Positions 19,679 to 29,598 of a DNA stretch of 43,079 bases are shown here, one piece after another. Position numbers and translations under genes: made by a program. The notes under the pieces are model-generated. The model was not told the origin of the DNA and did no database searches. It saw only the letters and a program-made list of their open reading frames with translations. The stretch lies in the IMG/VR virus record IMGVR_UViG_3300010316_000017, positions 1 to 43,079 of that record. One strand, 5' to 3'. Origin of the DNA: a virus (Duplodnaviria; Caudoviricetes). Each line of letters starts with the position of its first letter. The stretch's first letter is position 1.

Positions 19679-21994
19679 CTATACGTTGTTTTGTACTTCT
19701 TGTGCTCTACCATTATCATACAGCATCTGATCATGCTCTAGCGCAACCAGTTTTTCTTTTATAACTAGCTCTTTTTCACCAAGTGTATTAGTGTTTCGTT
19801 CTTTCTTCTCCATAAGATCAATCTCTCTAATTCTAGAAGCATGCTCATTACTATCTTTTGCTCTTTGAAGTTTGAGTTTCTCGTTCTGAGCGGCCTGAAT
19901 ATTGTTATTTAACCTGTCAATTTCAGCCTTATCTTGTTTACTTTCTTTCTCAAGGTCATCAACTTTCTGCTGCATCTGCTGCATATTCATCTGCTCCTTT
20001 TTAGCCTTAGCAATAGCTTTAGTAAGAATAAACTCTATCTCGTTAACAGATTTACAGTTAATTACTTTTATTAGAGCTTCTGGACTAACTGCGCTTTGTT
20101 TAGCAAATTCCTTAGCCAAAGTTTGAATTCTTACCAGTTTATCGTTTTCTATTCCAGAAGATACCACTGTTACCTTATGATCTGTGGTGCCGTAAGACAT
20201 TGGATCTGCGGTAAAAGCTATCATAGCAGCTCCATTCTTATATACTCCCTCAATAGCTTTGTTTCTATAAGCGTATTTAAAATTATCTAATGTTCCTTGA
20301 ACAACTCTATTTAAACATCTGTCCACTTCTCTGAACATCTCCAAAGAAAGTACGGACACCTGGTTCATACCTGCCCGAACATTTTCTACCGCGTCTCTCT
20401 CTTCTATAACACCTAGCATTTGTCTAGGCACTCCTGAGACAATATCAGCCTGAACTGTAAGCGACTCCAAAATAGCATTTATAGCGTTTATCGAGTTACC
20501 GTTAACAGAAGCATCGAAATCTCCATAATACTGAAATAAATTTGCCCCCTCCTCAGTTGGATCTACAAGCTCTAGCCCTTGTTTACGTATAGTAATCCAT
20601 TTGGTGAGCCTGTCCATAAATTTTTTACCTAGTGCTTTAGGAATACCTGCAACGTTTACACGAGAACCGGACACGCCTGAGTTAGCTACCATGTTATTTC
20701 GGAAAAACATTATAATATCGTAAAGATCCTGCACCTCTCGCATTGAGTTCACCATAGAGTGAATCACGCCATTACGCGATACATTTATTGCAGCTCGGTA
20801 AGATAAACACGTTTTCCATGGTTGATCCTTTGTACGAGGCGCTTCATCACATCTACGACCGGCTACATAAATATCTGCCCCTATTCTATAGCACTCATAT
20901 CTGTCTTCTCTATACACATACCCACCACCGTCTGGTTTTTGGATACGTGTTGAAGCTAACCACTCTACATGATAAAAATCCACTAAGTCCTCTGTAAGCC
21001 CTGAAATAGATGAGTTTGAGAGGTTCAATAGTGAATCGCTATTACTCCAACCTGTTTTTAGGTATAAAGAATCCATAGCGCCTAGATTATCCGAAGTCAT
21101 TATAGTATTAGCATCCGGAGTATTTCCGTAAATATCTATTGAAGACATTGAGCCATATGAAGAGAAGAGCTGAATGGCATCTTCCTTAGAGAGCTTATCT
21201 CCCAACTCCTTTAAAATATGATGAGGAGAGACTCGGCGTTTATGTACAACTACACTAGTTCTTTTGTGGTCTTTATCGTGAGCAGGTCTATTAGTAAAAA
21301 TCTCCTCAGGTAGTACTACTTCAATCTTAGGATCCTTACCTTCTCCACAATAGAGTTCTCTAGTAAAGCATTCCCCTGTTATAAAGTAATCTTTAGATAT
21401 CTCTTTTTTAACATTAGAAAGGTCTATTTCCGCGTCTGTCTCAATCAGTCGGACTATATGACTAGCGGCTATTTGAAAAGAGGCTTGGTACTCAGAGCTG
21501 TATTTTTCTGCTATCTCCTCAAAGAAGAGTTTAGTTTTTTCTGCTACACCGGCTTCTTTTTTCTCCTCCTTACCTTCTGCAGTATCATTACTCTGTTGCC
21601 CAAGATTTTTTTGTAGGTTAGCAGAAAGCTCTTTGATTAATGCGTCCGCTTTTTCTTTTTTAGCCGCGTCAATCGTCTCCTTATCTGTGTAATGCACCAT
21701 GAAATCAGGCTCTGACATGAGACTCATACCTACTAAAGCATCTACACGAGGCTTAATTATATTTGTAAAACCCAGGTCTATAGGATTTTGCATACCATAA
21801 ATATCTTCTAAATATTCGAAGTCCATGGCATCCCTAGTACTGGAGTAGTAGTTTCGAGCAGTTATAATATGGCCCCTAACCCCGAGCGCCGAATTTATTT
21901 TGGCCTCAGCAGTACCGTGGATATACTCATCTGTCTTTTTCTTTTGCTCAGACAAATAAACCTCATGCTCGTATCCTAAGTAATTGATGCTCAT
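19679..21994 (-). CDS. Portal protein
   Basis: 771 aa. NIIKPRVDALVG, DYFITGE, VSGVPRQMLG and a C-terminal coiled coil. Located between TerL and the MCP. Confidence 0.85.
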   Translation of the reverse strand: MSINYLGYEHEVYLSEQKKKTDEYIHGTAEAKINSALGVRGHIITARNYYSSTRDAMDFEYLEDIYGMQNPIDLGFTNIIKPRVDALVGMSLMSEPDFMVHYTDKETIDAAKKEKADALIKELSANLQKNLGQQSNDTAEGKEEKKEAGVAEKTKLFFEEIAEKYSSEYQASFQIAASHIVRLIETDAEIDLSNVKKEISKDYFITGECFTRELYCGEGKDPKIEVVLPEEIFTNRPAHDKDHKRTSVVVHKRRVSPHHILKELGDKLSKEDAIQLFSSYGSMSSIDIYGNTPDANTIMTSDNLGAMDSLYLKTGWSNSDSLLNLSNSSISGLTEDLVDFYHVEWLASTRIQKPDGGGYVYREDRYECYRIGADIYVAGRRCDEAPRTKDQPWKTCLSYRAAINVSRNGVIHSMVNSMREVQDLYDIIMFFRNNMVANSGVSGSRVNVAGIPKALGKKFMDRLTKWITIRKQGLELVDPTEEGANLFQYYGDFDASVNGNSINAINAILESLTVQADIVSGVPRQMLGVIEERDAVENVRAGMNQVSVLSLEMFREVDRCLNRVVQGTLDNFKYAYRNKAIEGVYKNGAAMIAFTADPMSYGTTDHKVTVVSSGIENDKLVRIQTLAKEFAKQSAVSPEALIKVINCKSVNEIEFILTKAIAKAKKEQMNMQQMQQKVDDLEKESKQDKAEIDRLNNNIQAAQNEKLKLQRAKDSNEHASRIREIDLMEKKERNTNTLGEKELVIKEKLVALEHDQMLYDNGRAQEVQNNV

Positions 21995-22022
21995 TGGCTC
22001 TTAACTTTAACTTTATTTAATC

Positions 22023-22724
22023 TTAGTCCTCTATGATAGTGGCTAAGATATCAAAGGAGTACATAATTTTATACTCGTCTTTTGCGGTGATATCTGTATT
22101 ATTCAGTGGTAAACCTACCCAGGCATCCAGAATAATACGCTCACCTATTTCCGGAAGCACTACGTCTCCGGCAGAACTGTTTTGAGGCCCAACTGCTAAC
22201 ACCTCTGCAGTTTTTGTCGCCACATCCGCTTTACTCAATTTAGCGGCACTGTCTATATTTGTAATTATACCCGCGTCTGTCGTGACTTCCCCGGATTTTG
22301 TTATTTTTATAAGTATAAAATTCAGTCCTGGACGAAACGTTTCCGGTCTGAAGGACTCCACTGAGTCCATCTTAGTTTTTTCTTTATATACCAAGATATC
22401 ACTTTCTTGGATTAATTTTACATGCCCGTCTTCAGTAGGTACATGATGCCCTGAGTACATTGAAGTAATAACTATATCACCTTTTTTAACAAGGTGAGTC
22501 TCTTCTCCAACAGCTTCTACCTCCATCACATATTGCTCTCCTCTAATTACAACAGCGCCTGTGCTCATTATAATACCTCCATCGGATTGAGAAGGCCAAG
22601 ATTTAACAGAAGCTAATATGCGTCCTTTAGTTGGTTTAACGTTTTCTACTAAAAGCTTTGACATAATATTCATAGCGGTCGCTGGCTTACTCTTTGTCTT
22701 TGTACTCATTATCTTATTTTTCAT
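22023..22724 (-). CDS. groES: Tandem double-domain GroES (Cpn10)-like co-chaperonin
   Basis: Two Cpn10 signatures: VKPTKGRIL...SDGGII...VEAVG...VKKGDIVI...LIQESDIL and FRPGLNFILIK...TDAGII...AEVLAVGP...IGERII...IMYSFDILA. The start may be Met6 (22709). Confidence 0.8.
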   Translation of the reverse strand: MKNKIMSTKTKSKPATAMNIMSKLLVENVKPTKGRILASVKSWPSQSDGGIIMSTGAVVIRGEQYVMEVEAVGEETHLVKKGDIVITSMYSGHHVPTEDGHVKLIQESDILVYKEKTKMDSVESFRPETFRPGLNFILIKITKSGEVTTDAGIITNIDSAAKLSKADVATKTAEVLAVGPQNSSAGDVVLPEIGERIILDAWVGLPLNNTDITAKDEYKIMYSFDILATIIED

Positions 22725-22743
22725 ATTAATAATAGATCAGCTT

Positions 22744-22774
22744 AATAATACTCTTTTTTTGTGGTTTATTAAAG
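22744..22774 (-). promoter_or_regulatory. Putative late promoter CTTTAA-N16-AGTATTATT
   Basis: Same bipartite motif and spacing, in the intergenic gap upstream of groES and portal. Confidence 0.6.
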
Positions 22775-22790
22775 CTATTAAAAAGTTTAT

Positions 22791-24989
22791 TTATTTTGGG
22801 TCTATTGCTGTTGCTTCTACCCATTCAAATGGCTGGGCAGGTTCTGCCCCTGTGGCCTCTTCTAACGCGATAGATCGAATCTCTTCTTTTTCTTCTGGTA
22901 TTACACCCCATCTTTTTCTGCCTCTAGCGTCTCTGTACATACCGAAAGGAGCTAAATCCTCTGCTGCAGTTCCCCCTGAAGATGCTGGTTTACCCATATA
23001 CTCCTCATCCGCTAGCTCAGCGAGTCCCATGGCAACAACGTAATCAAATTTGGTCCTGTTTTCTCTTGAGTATTCCTGTAATTGAGCTATAACAGGTGGA
23101 TATAATATGTGATAGTAGTAATCATCTATATAATCAGCTAATTTCTGATCTTGGTGATCAATAACTGAGCTTGTCGCCGGAGTTCCTATAAGCTGACTAG
23201 CTTTTAGGCCGCTCACATTAGCTCCAATAGCGATGGAGGGCCTTTGTAGCAGTCTCCAGAACTGATTTTTAGCCCTGTAAAAAGATACTATATTTATTTT
23301 AGTGTACTCTACATTTGCTTTTGCGTTGTATAGAATACATATTTTAAGAGCGTTCTCGTAATCCCATCTAACATCGTCAGAACGTTTCGCGTAAAAAGCC
23401 ACATAGATATTGGAAGTTGAGGAAAACATGCTATTTCCCACTCGTTTTTTGACCGCTACAGCTAGTTCAGACCCTTCAATCAGAGAATCTTTCTTCCCTT
23501 GATCTATACTATCAATTCCTGCTACGTAGAGTTTGTTCATGACTTTGCCGTCTGGCCCCAGTTCCGGCTCCTCTATAATAATTATATCCCCTCCTCTAAC
23601 TTCTACAAACTTTGCTCCTACAACACTTCCGTCTTTATCTAAAATATAATCTATTCTACCCTCCTTCCAAGGCTTTTCTGCTGTGATCTTAAGTTTGGTA
23701 GCTTGTTCTAATAATTTATCTTGATTAAATATATTGGTACCTTGAACGATAAACACTTCCTGCAGGTTCATCGGAAATTCTTGAAGTTCTTGTTGATACG
23801 CTACAGGATCTTTTTCAAGGTTTTTACGTTCTTCAGTCATTAGCCGTGTAGCCAGCTCTACATTAGGAACTCCTGTAGACTCCCAAGTCCCTCCATACTT
23901 TAATTGAGAAGGGATAAATAAACCTGTCTCCATTCCCCACTCATTTATAGGCAGCATGTTGAATCCTTTAGGATTTGTAAATACATCCTCAGCATCTTTG
24001 TTATCTACGGAACCACCCGTTCCTGTTAGAATAACGAATGCTTTTTTGAAGGACCCCATTATAATCCAAGAACCCTTAGATTGTCCTAATACATTCTTTA
24101 AAGATCCTTTTCCTGGATGCGATGGAAAGGATGCGAATTCTTCTATATGCTGGAAGTGAGGTCTTCTACCCCTAGTTTTGTTGGCGTTATCTCCGTAGAC
24201 AATTCTTCTAATCTCATTTAACGAACCTCTAAGTACGAGATCGTTGTTTGCGTCGTAATACTCTTCCCCCGCTAATATTTTTATATTAGAATCCGTCACT
24301 TTCTTTTGTCGAAAGCCTGGGTATTCTTTTTCTAGTAATCTTAGCGTATCTGTAGTTTTAGACCACGCCTCTTCTACAATAGGGTCCGATGTTGCAGAGA
24401 CTATCATCTCCTGGCCATCAAATAGTAGATAATACCACCCTTCTATACTACTAGTTATAAATGACTTACCTATACCACGACCAGACATAAAGGGCACATA
24501 CTTTCGTAGCTTATAACCCTTCCACATAATATCAAAAATGTACCGGTCAATTACGCTATACAATGGTTTACCTATCTCGGAACCCTCTAGCATATTACCG
24601 TTCTTATCGTAGAGCGGAATTTCAAACGTAAAGATAGTTAACCAGAAAACGAAAAAAGGATTAAAATACTCCTTCCCTATTGTTATACCCTCGGTACAGG
24701 CTCTGAATAGCTTTCGATAATATAGCTGCATCTCATAGCTTTGTGGATGCACGTTTGGCAGGGTCCCCAACTCTTTAAGTTGCTTAGGTAATGGCCTATA
24801 TACTAAATAATCAAGTAATCTAACGTCCTCTTCACCTGTTCGTACGCCGTGTAGATGGTCTGCAGCGTCCGTAACATCAAAATTCCCGTTAAATACTTTA
24901 TCCTCTCCTTTAGCCCCTTTTTCTTGCCTTAGAAAAGGAACTTTTTTAAAGTCGAACTTGTTATATGTGGTCTTACCTGTAAACTTCAT
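22791..24989 (-). CDS. terL: Terminase large subunit
   Basis: Walker A SGRGIGKS, Walker B HIEEFA, motif III TGTGG, RNase H-like nuclease YVAGIDSID and C-terminal FDYVVAMG. Confidence 0.92.
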   Translation of the reverse strand: MKFTGKTTYNKFDFKKVPFLRQEKGAKGEDKVFNGNFDVTDAADHLHGVRTGEEDVRLLDYLVYRPLPKQLKELGTLPNVHPQSYEMQLYYRKLFRACTEGITIGKEYFNPFFVFWLTIFTFEIPLYDKNGNMLEGSEIGKPLYSVIDRYIFDIMWKGYKLRKYVPFMSGRGIGKSFITSSIEGWYYLLFDGQEMIVSATSDPIVEEAWSKTTDTLRLLEKEYPGFRQKKVTDSNIKILAGEEYYDANNDLVLRGSLNEIRRIVYGDNANKTRGRRPHFQHIEEFASFPSHPGKGSLKNVLGQSKGSWIIMGSFKKAFVILTGTGGSVDNKDAEDVFTNPKGFNMLPINEWGMETGLFIPSQLKYGGTWESTGVPNVELATRLMTEERKNLEKDPVAYQQELQEFPMNLQEVFIVQGTNIFNQDKLLEQATKLKITAEKPWKEGRIDYILDKDGSVVGAKFVEVRGGDIIIIEEPELGPDGKVMNKLYVAGIDSIDQGKKDSLIEGSELAVAVKKRVGNSMFSSTSNIYVAFYAKRSDDVRWDYENALKICILYNAKANVEYTKINIVSFYRAKNQFWRLLQRPSIAIGANVSGLKASQLIGTPATSSVIDHQDQKLADYIDDYYYHILYPPVIAQLQEYSRENRTKFDYVVAMGLAELADEEYMGKPASSGGTAAEDLAPFGMYRDARGRKRWGVIPEEKEEIRSIALEEATGAEPAQPFEWVEATAIDPK

Positions 24990-25568
24990 TTATTTTTTAC
25001 CTAATGTTCCTGCTTCTCTGAAACTAGTAGTCCCGCCTCCACGAGTTCTTCCTTTAGCCTCTTGTTTCTGAATAGCATTTTGAAGCACGGTCTTACTCTT
25101 CATAATGGTCTCTATTTTAGTAAACAGATTTAGAATAATAGTTAGATTCGAATTGAACTTAGTTTCTCCTCCTTTAGTCATCGACTCCTCTATAACAGGA
25201 ATAGTGTCATTTAGCATAGTAGAGATCTCATCCAGCTTCTTGTCTATTGATTTTTCTAACCTTGATTCAGAAGAGGTATTATATTTTATAAATAACGCTT
25301 CAGCCGCCTCATAAAGCGCCGACTCCTTCGCACTACGCTTTACACCCTTCCAATCAGGCTGGTTAAAGACTGTTTGCAGAATATTTTCTTCTACTATACT
25401 TTGAGATATATCTCTGAAAGGGTTATCAGCTTCTCTTGAGTGCAGGTAGTAGATTACCTGAAGAAGCTTGGTTCCTCTTGGAGTTTTAAATAAAGTGTGT
25501 AGATCCTTGAACAACACTATGTTAGGATCTAAAACAACTTTATCTTTTACTATAGTAAATTTTAACAT
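24990..25568 (-). CDS. Hypothetical helical protein, candidate terminase small subunit
   Basis: 192 aa helical protein abutting the TerL start, with C-terminal GRTRGG. Function inferred from position only. Confidence 0.4.
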   Translation of the reverse strand: MLKFTIVKDKVVLDPNIVLFKDLHTLFKTPRGTKLLQVIYYLHSREADNPFRDISQSIVEENILQTVFNQPDWKGVKRSAKESALYEAAEALFIKYNTSSESRLEKSIDKKLDEISTMLNDTIPVIEESMTKGGETKFNSNLTIILNLFTKIETIMKSKTVLQNAIQKQEAKGRTRGGGTTSFREAGTLGKK

Positions 25569-25792
25569 TTCTCTAAATCTTTCGTACTGAATCTATGCTT
25601 TTCCAATGACCCTATGGTGCTAAACCATATACATGTTACTCCTAAGAGCATGCCTTTGGAATCTCCTTTAGCAGGTATTGTAGATTTATTGATCTCCTGC
25701 ACTATCATCTTAGGCTTGTTTGGAACATCTTGTTTTATTTGTACTACGTCTCCCGCAGCAAAAAACACTCTCTTATCTTCATGATTATACAT
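25562..25792 (-). CDS. DUF2158/YodC-like small protein
   Basis: FAAGDVVQIK...PKMIV...VTCIWF...F...DL pattern. Confidence 0.65.
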   Translation of the reverse strand: MYNHEDKRVFFAAGDVVQIKQDVPNKPKMIVQEINKSTIPAKGDSKGMLLGVTCIWFSTIGSLEKHRFSTKDLEKC

Positions 25793-25810
25793 ATTCTTTG
25801 TTCTTTAATT

Positions 25811-26779
25811 TTAAATATTCATTATTTTATTTAATAAGTCTTTTTCAGCCTTTTGAGTGCTGTTTAGTTCTTCCTCCTTATCATTACTCACAACAATATA
25901 AGGGTTTTGTAAATATAAATCATCTTCAGAGCTGTTATACAGCCTTTTCCAACCGTCTCTATACTTAGCCTGAAGTATTCCCTCCTTATCTACCCAGAGC
26001 TGCATCGGCCGCCCCTCTACTAGTTCATACCCGGTTGGAGATACTACTAATAGCGTCTTGCTCTTCACTCTGATACGTACACTTTTAGGTAGTAACATTT
26101 TATACAAACTCATTTGGATACTGTAGTGATTGTGTGCGCAGTCCTGCAGCCTTGAGAAAGGCCCTGACATCATCTTATATTTTCTGGTCTGATAGTTGAA
26201 ATAACTTTTCATCTCCAGCTCGTTTATGAATTTATAATCCATAAGAGCTAGATTGCCTGTAAATTTCTCTTTTAAAAGCAGGTCAACCTGTCCTGCAAGC
26301 CTGTAGTGAAGAGAATATGTCAAAAGCTCGGTCCGCACAAGTGTGTGGTTGTGTAGAAGCTCTTTCATCATAGCCTCTATAAAAGGTACTTTTAAGTGGG
26401 TAGGACGTGGCATTTTCCAGTCGTTCCACAAAGCTTCAGCATACCCATGTAATAAAGTTCCGGCCTCGCTTGCAAAATCTCCAAGATATTCCCAGGCAAA
26501 TACAAGTTGCTCCCATGTTATAGGTAATTTATGCTTTTTAACATACTTTTTAGCTTCTGGAATAGTGTCGAATTCCTCATAAAAATCCGCTATCATCCCG
26601 GTCGGGGATCTGAATTTATATTTAGAGTCTTCAAAGGATGTAAAAAAACCTTTGATTATATCTTCTCTATGGAAATATTTATGGTCTGCGTCTCGAAAAA
26701 GAACAACTTTATTTGCAGAGGCGTTGTCTACTTGTACGCCATCGACGATGATCTGGGGTCTCCAATCTTCTACTAACAT
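25811..26779 (-). CDS. PD-(D/E)XK (Cas4/RecB-like) exonuclease
   Basis: GTLLHGYAE, E...LAGQVDLL, LMDYK and YSIQMSLY motifs. Confidence 0.85.
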   Translation of the reverse strand: MLVEDWRPQIIVDGVQVDNASANKVVLFRDADHKYFHREDIIKGFFTSFEDSKYKFRSPTGMIADFYEEFDTIPEAKKYVKKHKLPITWEQLVFAWEYLGDFASEAGTLLHGYAEALWNDWKMPRPTHLKVPFIEAMMKELLHNHTLVRTELLTYSLHYRLAGQVDLLLKEKFTGNLALMDYKFINELEMKSYFNYQTRKYKMMSGPFSRLQDCAHNHYSIQMSLYKMLLPKSVRIRVKSKTLLVVSPTGYELVEGRPMQLWVDKEGILQAKYRDGWKRLYNSSEDDLYLQNPYIVVSNDKEEELNSTQKAEKDLLNKIMNI

Positions 26780-26875
26780 TCACTTTATTTTTCGTATTAT
26801 CCATTCTCTTCGTACTCCAGCTATATAATCGGTCCGAAGATTCAAAACCGATCGCATATATTCTAATCATTCTTA

Positions 26876-27202
26876 CTATGGTTGACGTGGTGCAAGGCCT
26901 TTCACTTCATTCCACCGTTCTGTAAAGGTCATTGGTTTTACTAAAGCTTTTTTAGTTTTAAATGCTTCAGCTGTTTTAGGCCCCCATACACCATCTATGG
27001 TAACGCCTAATTTTGCTTGTGCCTTTTTTATAAGGTTCATGGTACTTACGGAATCTTTATCCCAAGTACCTGTCTCAGCTACCCCGTTCTGCCGTTGGAC
27101 ATTTTTAATTCTGTCAACATCCTTTTGATTGGTGGGGTAGCTGCCTAACGGGGCTACCCTTCCACCTTCTTGGAATTTACGTGGTTTATATATAAGACTC
27201 AT
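26876..27202 (-). CDS. Peptidoglycan-binding domain protein (two PG_binding_1-like repeats)
   Basis: IKNVQRQNGVAETGTWDKDS and IKKAQAKLGVTIDGVWGPKTAEA. N-terminus MSLIYKPRKFQEGG. Confidence 0.75.
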   Translation of the reverse strand: MSLIYKPRKFQEGGRVAPLGSYPTNQKDVDRIKNVQRQNGVAETGTWDKDSVSTMNLIKKAQAKLGVTIDGVWGPKTAEAFKTKKALVKPMTFTERWNEVKGLAPRQP

Positions 27203-27203
27203 A

Positions 27204-28493
27204 CTATCTTTTTTTGTACAAAAGCCCTCCGTTTCTATAGAAGTTCTGCGGATCTAACTCTCGGCCTGTAGGAGCAGCATCTACAGCTAAGGTTGCGTTA
27301 GATATTAAATCTTCCTGACGCTCTTTTTCTTCTTCCATAGCATCGTACTTATCTGCGGCCTCTCTTCTAGCTACTCTTGCGGCTCTTCGTTCATCCCTTG
27401 CTAGAGCACGTTTTCTACGCCTCAAGTCAATTTTTTCTTCTGTACGTACTCTAATATTATCAGCAGCGTCATTTATACTTGAATCTCCTGTAATAACAGA
27501 TTTTCTAATCTGACGTTTTTCTTTACCTAAGGCTCTGATTGCCTGGGTCAACTCTTCTCGAGACATTTTTGATATGTCGTCACTTGCGACCTCTCCTACT
27601 GCTGTGCCTTCTTGAGCTAGGCTTGCTTCACCTAGTTGAGATACCGGAGTATTCTGAGCAGCTAATGCAGCGCTGGTAAGTTTACCTTGAATACCGTCTA
27701 AAACTAGAGGTGTATGACCTGCTCCGGTAGCTTCATTCCATTTATTAAAGGCTTCTTGTTTTGCTCTAATTGCAGGATCCCCTTGTATACGTTGCGTACC
27801 AGTGCCTCCTGTTCCTGTTACTGTTCCTGTTCCTGTTCCACCGGCTACTATGGTAGTAAGTGCTGCTTGTCGAGCTTCTTCTGCGGCTACGTCAGCTGCT
27901 TCTTCAGTTCCACCTGCTGCAATAGTTTGTTGACGAGCCTCTTCACCGGCTGCGATTATGGCTTTTTCTTTAGCTGAAGCTGCAGGTACTCCTGCTCCTC
28001 CTGTAGTAACTCTTTCTAATTCTCCTGGAACACCTGTAGCACGGTCTAAAGCACCTGCTGTAGTTACCCTATTATCAGGCGAAGAAGCTACAGCCCCTTT
28101 TTGTCTTGGGTCATAAGGATTTCTTTTATCAAGCTCTTTTGCCAAAGTTTGGTTATATTCAGTGTAAGGTCTAGCTTGTCCAGCCATACCTCCTGCAGGA
28201 ACCCTGCCTCGTAGATATGCAGGATACTGAGTGTTTGGGTTAGGGCCATTAAGCATTTCATCGGTAACAGGGGCTACTTGTCCAGGCTGTCTTAGACTAC
28301 CATCTGAATTCAGCGACATATGAGAGGCTGTATTAGCACCTCCTTGTCTAACGTCATGGGGGTTAGCGTAGTAAGCATCTGAAGCAGCTTCTGTTCTAAC
28401 TCCATCTGTCCCACCATAACGCGCACCTGCAGACCAAGCTCCACCATTTTGAAATTTCTGTACCTTACCTTTTCTTGTATAAATCAATGACAT
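27204..28493 (-). CDS. Low-complexity putative virion cargo protein with one PG-binding-like motif and coiled coil
   Basis: 429 aa. PG-binding-like segment IRAKQEAFN...LVLDGIQGKLTSAAL. KFQNGG at the N-terminus and FYRNGG at the C-terminus. Confidence 0.55.
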   Translation of the reverse strand: MSLIYTRKGKVQKFQNGGAWSAGARYGGTDGVRTEAASDAYYANPHDVRQGGANTASHMSLNSDGSLRQPGQVAPVTDEMLNGPNPNTQYPAYLRGRVPAGGMAGQARPYTEYNQTLAKELDKRNPYDPRQKGAVASSPDNRVTTAGALDRATGVPGELERVTTGGAGVPAASAKEKAIIAAGEEARQQTIAAGGTEEAADVAAEEARQAALTTIVAGGTGTGTVTGTGGTGTQRIQGDPAIRAKQEAFNKWNEATGAGHTPLVLDGIQGKLTSAALAAQNTPVSQLGEASLAQEGTAVGEVASDDISKMSREELTQAIRALGKEKRQIRKSVITGDSSINDAADNIRVRTEEKIDLRRRKRALARDERRAARVARREAADKYDAMEEEKERQEDLISNATLAVDAAPTGRELDPQNFYRNGGLLYKKR

Positions 28494-28518
28494 AATGCTA
28501 GTATTTGTTTAGATGTTA

Positions 28519-29394
28519 TTATAATACTGTTTTTTTAAGTAAATATAAACCTGCGGAAGTATTTTTATCGTGCAGGTAGAATTTTTTAAGTTTTGGATAA
28601 CTTCCTTCAGCTGTTTTAAGGAACTCAGCAGTTTTTTCGGCGGCAATATAAAACACGAAATTTTCTTTAATATCATCTATGATGAAGTCAGACAAGGCTA
28701 TTCTACGTTTAATCTGCAGTATATGAGGTTTTCCTTTAGGTAAAGGATTAGGAAAAGGAATAAGTTCTATATAATCAGTGAGCTGCAGAATAGCTAGGCC
28801 TATAAAGTAGTATCCGAGGTCTGTTTGAGATATCTCCCACAGAAGGGTCTGGTCCTCTACTTTTATAATTCCTAAAGCCAGGAGATGCTTGATCATGTAA
28901 TGTACAGAGATATAAGGAACTTTTTTATGCTCTACTGTTTTTATAAGCTCGTCAATAATTCCTCCCCTACAAAACCACTCTGTTCCACCGTTACCTTTGA
29001 ACCTGCTATGAACACGCCTGTTTGCCGCGTATCTTTTATGGAGATGCTGCTCAACATCTGAGGATAGTAGGGCAACCGGATATATTTTTCCATACTCACA
29101 TAAACTTCTAAATCGATCTAAGGGTTTTCTAGTTCTACCTATCTTGAACAAATCTTCAGCGGTATCTTTTATAATGTACGTATACATTGTTCCTCCTTTT
29201 GCCATATCTATATTATCATATTTACGGTATTTGGAAGGATCGTATGCTGTTATCACAGACTTTTCCGGTTTCTTCTTTTTACGAAAGGATCCTCTTTTTG
29301 TATAGAAGATCTCCGAATACCTAGTTACAGTTAAAACTAATCGCTCAGTTTCCATGGGCTTAAAGATAATAAAATTTATTTTGTGTGTATACAA
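28519..29394 (-). CDS. T5orf172/Mug113-family GIY-YIG-like nuclease
   Basis: YTYIIKD...FKIGRT..P..R...L...VEQHLHKRY...GTEWF. The true start may be Met at 29355. Confidence 0.75.
   Translation of the reverse strand: MYTHKINFIIFKPMETERLVLTVTRYSEIFYTKRGSFRKKKKPEKSVITAYDPSKYRKYDNIDMAKGGTMYTYIIKDTAEDLFKIGRTRKPLDRFRSLCEYGKIYPVALLSSDVEQHLHKRYAANRRVHSRFKGNGGTEWFCRGGIIDELIKTVEHKKVPYISVHYMIKHLLALGIIKVEDQTLLWEISQTDLGYYFIGLAILQLTDYIELIPFPNPLPKGKPHILQIKRRIALSDFIIDDIKENFVFYIAAEKTAEFLKTAEGSYPKLKKFYLHDKNTSAGLYLLKKTVL
28520..28550 (-). promoter_or_regulatory. Putative late promoter GTTTAT-N16-AGTATTATA
   Basis: Same bipartite motif, 26 nt upstream of the 28493 ATG and embedded in the end of the upstream gene. 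Confidence 0.55.
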
Positions 29395-29500
29395 GGTTTT
29401 TGTACCTTATTCTTTAGAGCGAATCGTGAATATTACTTAGATTTTACCAAAATACCTTTAGAGGAGGTGGAATCTTAATTGAAAATTTCTTATCTTTATA

Positions 29501-29592
29501 AGCAGTACCGGCGAGGACAAGCGCTGTAAAGATTTGAACAAAAAGACCCCTAATGAAGAGACTTGTCCCTCTGACTTAGGGGCTCTTTTTTA
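29501..29592 (+). promoter_or_regulatory. Structured leader/attenuator upstream of replication initiator
   Basis: Hairpin GCG-AGGACAAG-CGC followed by a terminator-like stem AAAGACCCCTAA...TTAGGGGCTCTTTTTT. The apical loop of that stem contains CTTGTCC, complementary to GGACAAG. Confidence 0.6.
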
Positions 29593-29598
29593 TACTAT

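Noticed and set aside
4801-24989. Stop-codon reassignment as seen in some Crassvirales
   Set aside because: Muzzle, MCP, portal and TerL are full length in the standard code, and the portal ends at a TAG abutting the next gene.
22791-24989. Intein or intron in TerL
   Set aside because: ATPase and nuclease motifs are contiguous at normal spacing, with no intein or homing endonuclease signature.
25811-26779. Cas4 as part of a CRISPR system
   Set aside because: Stand-alone PD-(D/E)XK nucleases near TerL are usual in crAss-like phages. It has no Fe-S cysteine cluster and no cas neighbours.
2226-27977. Numerous short plus-strand ORFs inside the structural module (e.g. 2226, 5041, 9614, 12669, 14334, 22618, 26343, 27714)
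   Set aside because: They overlap long, motif-bearing minus-strand genes and have no independent leaders or motifs.
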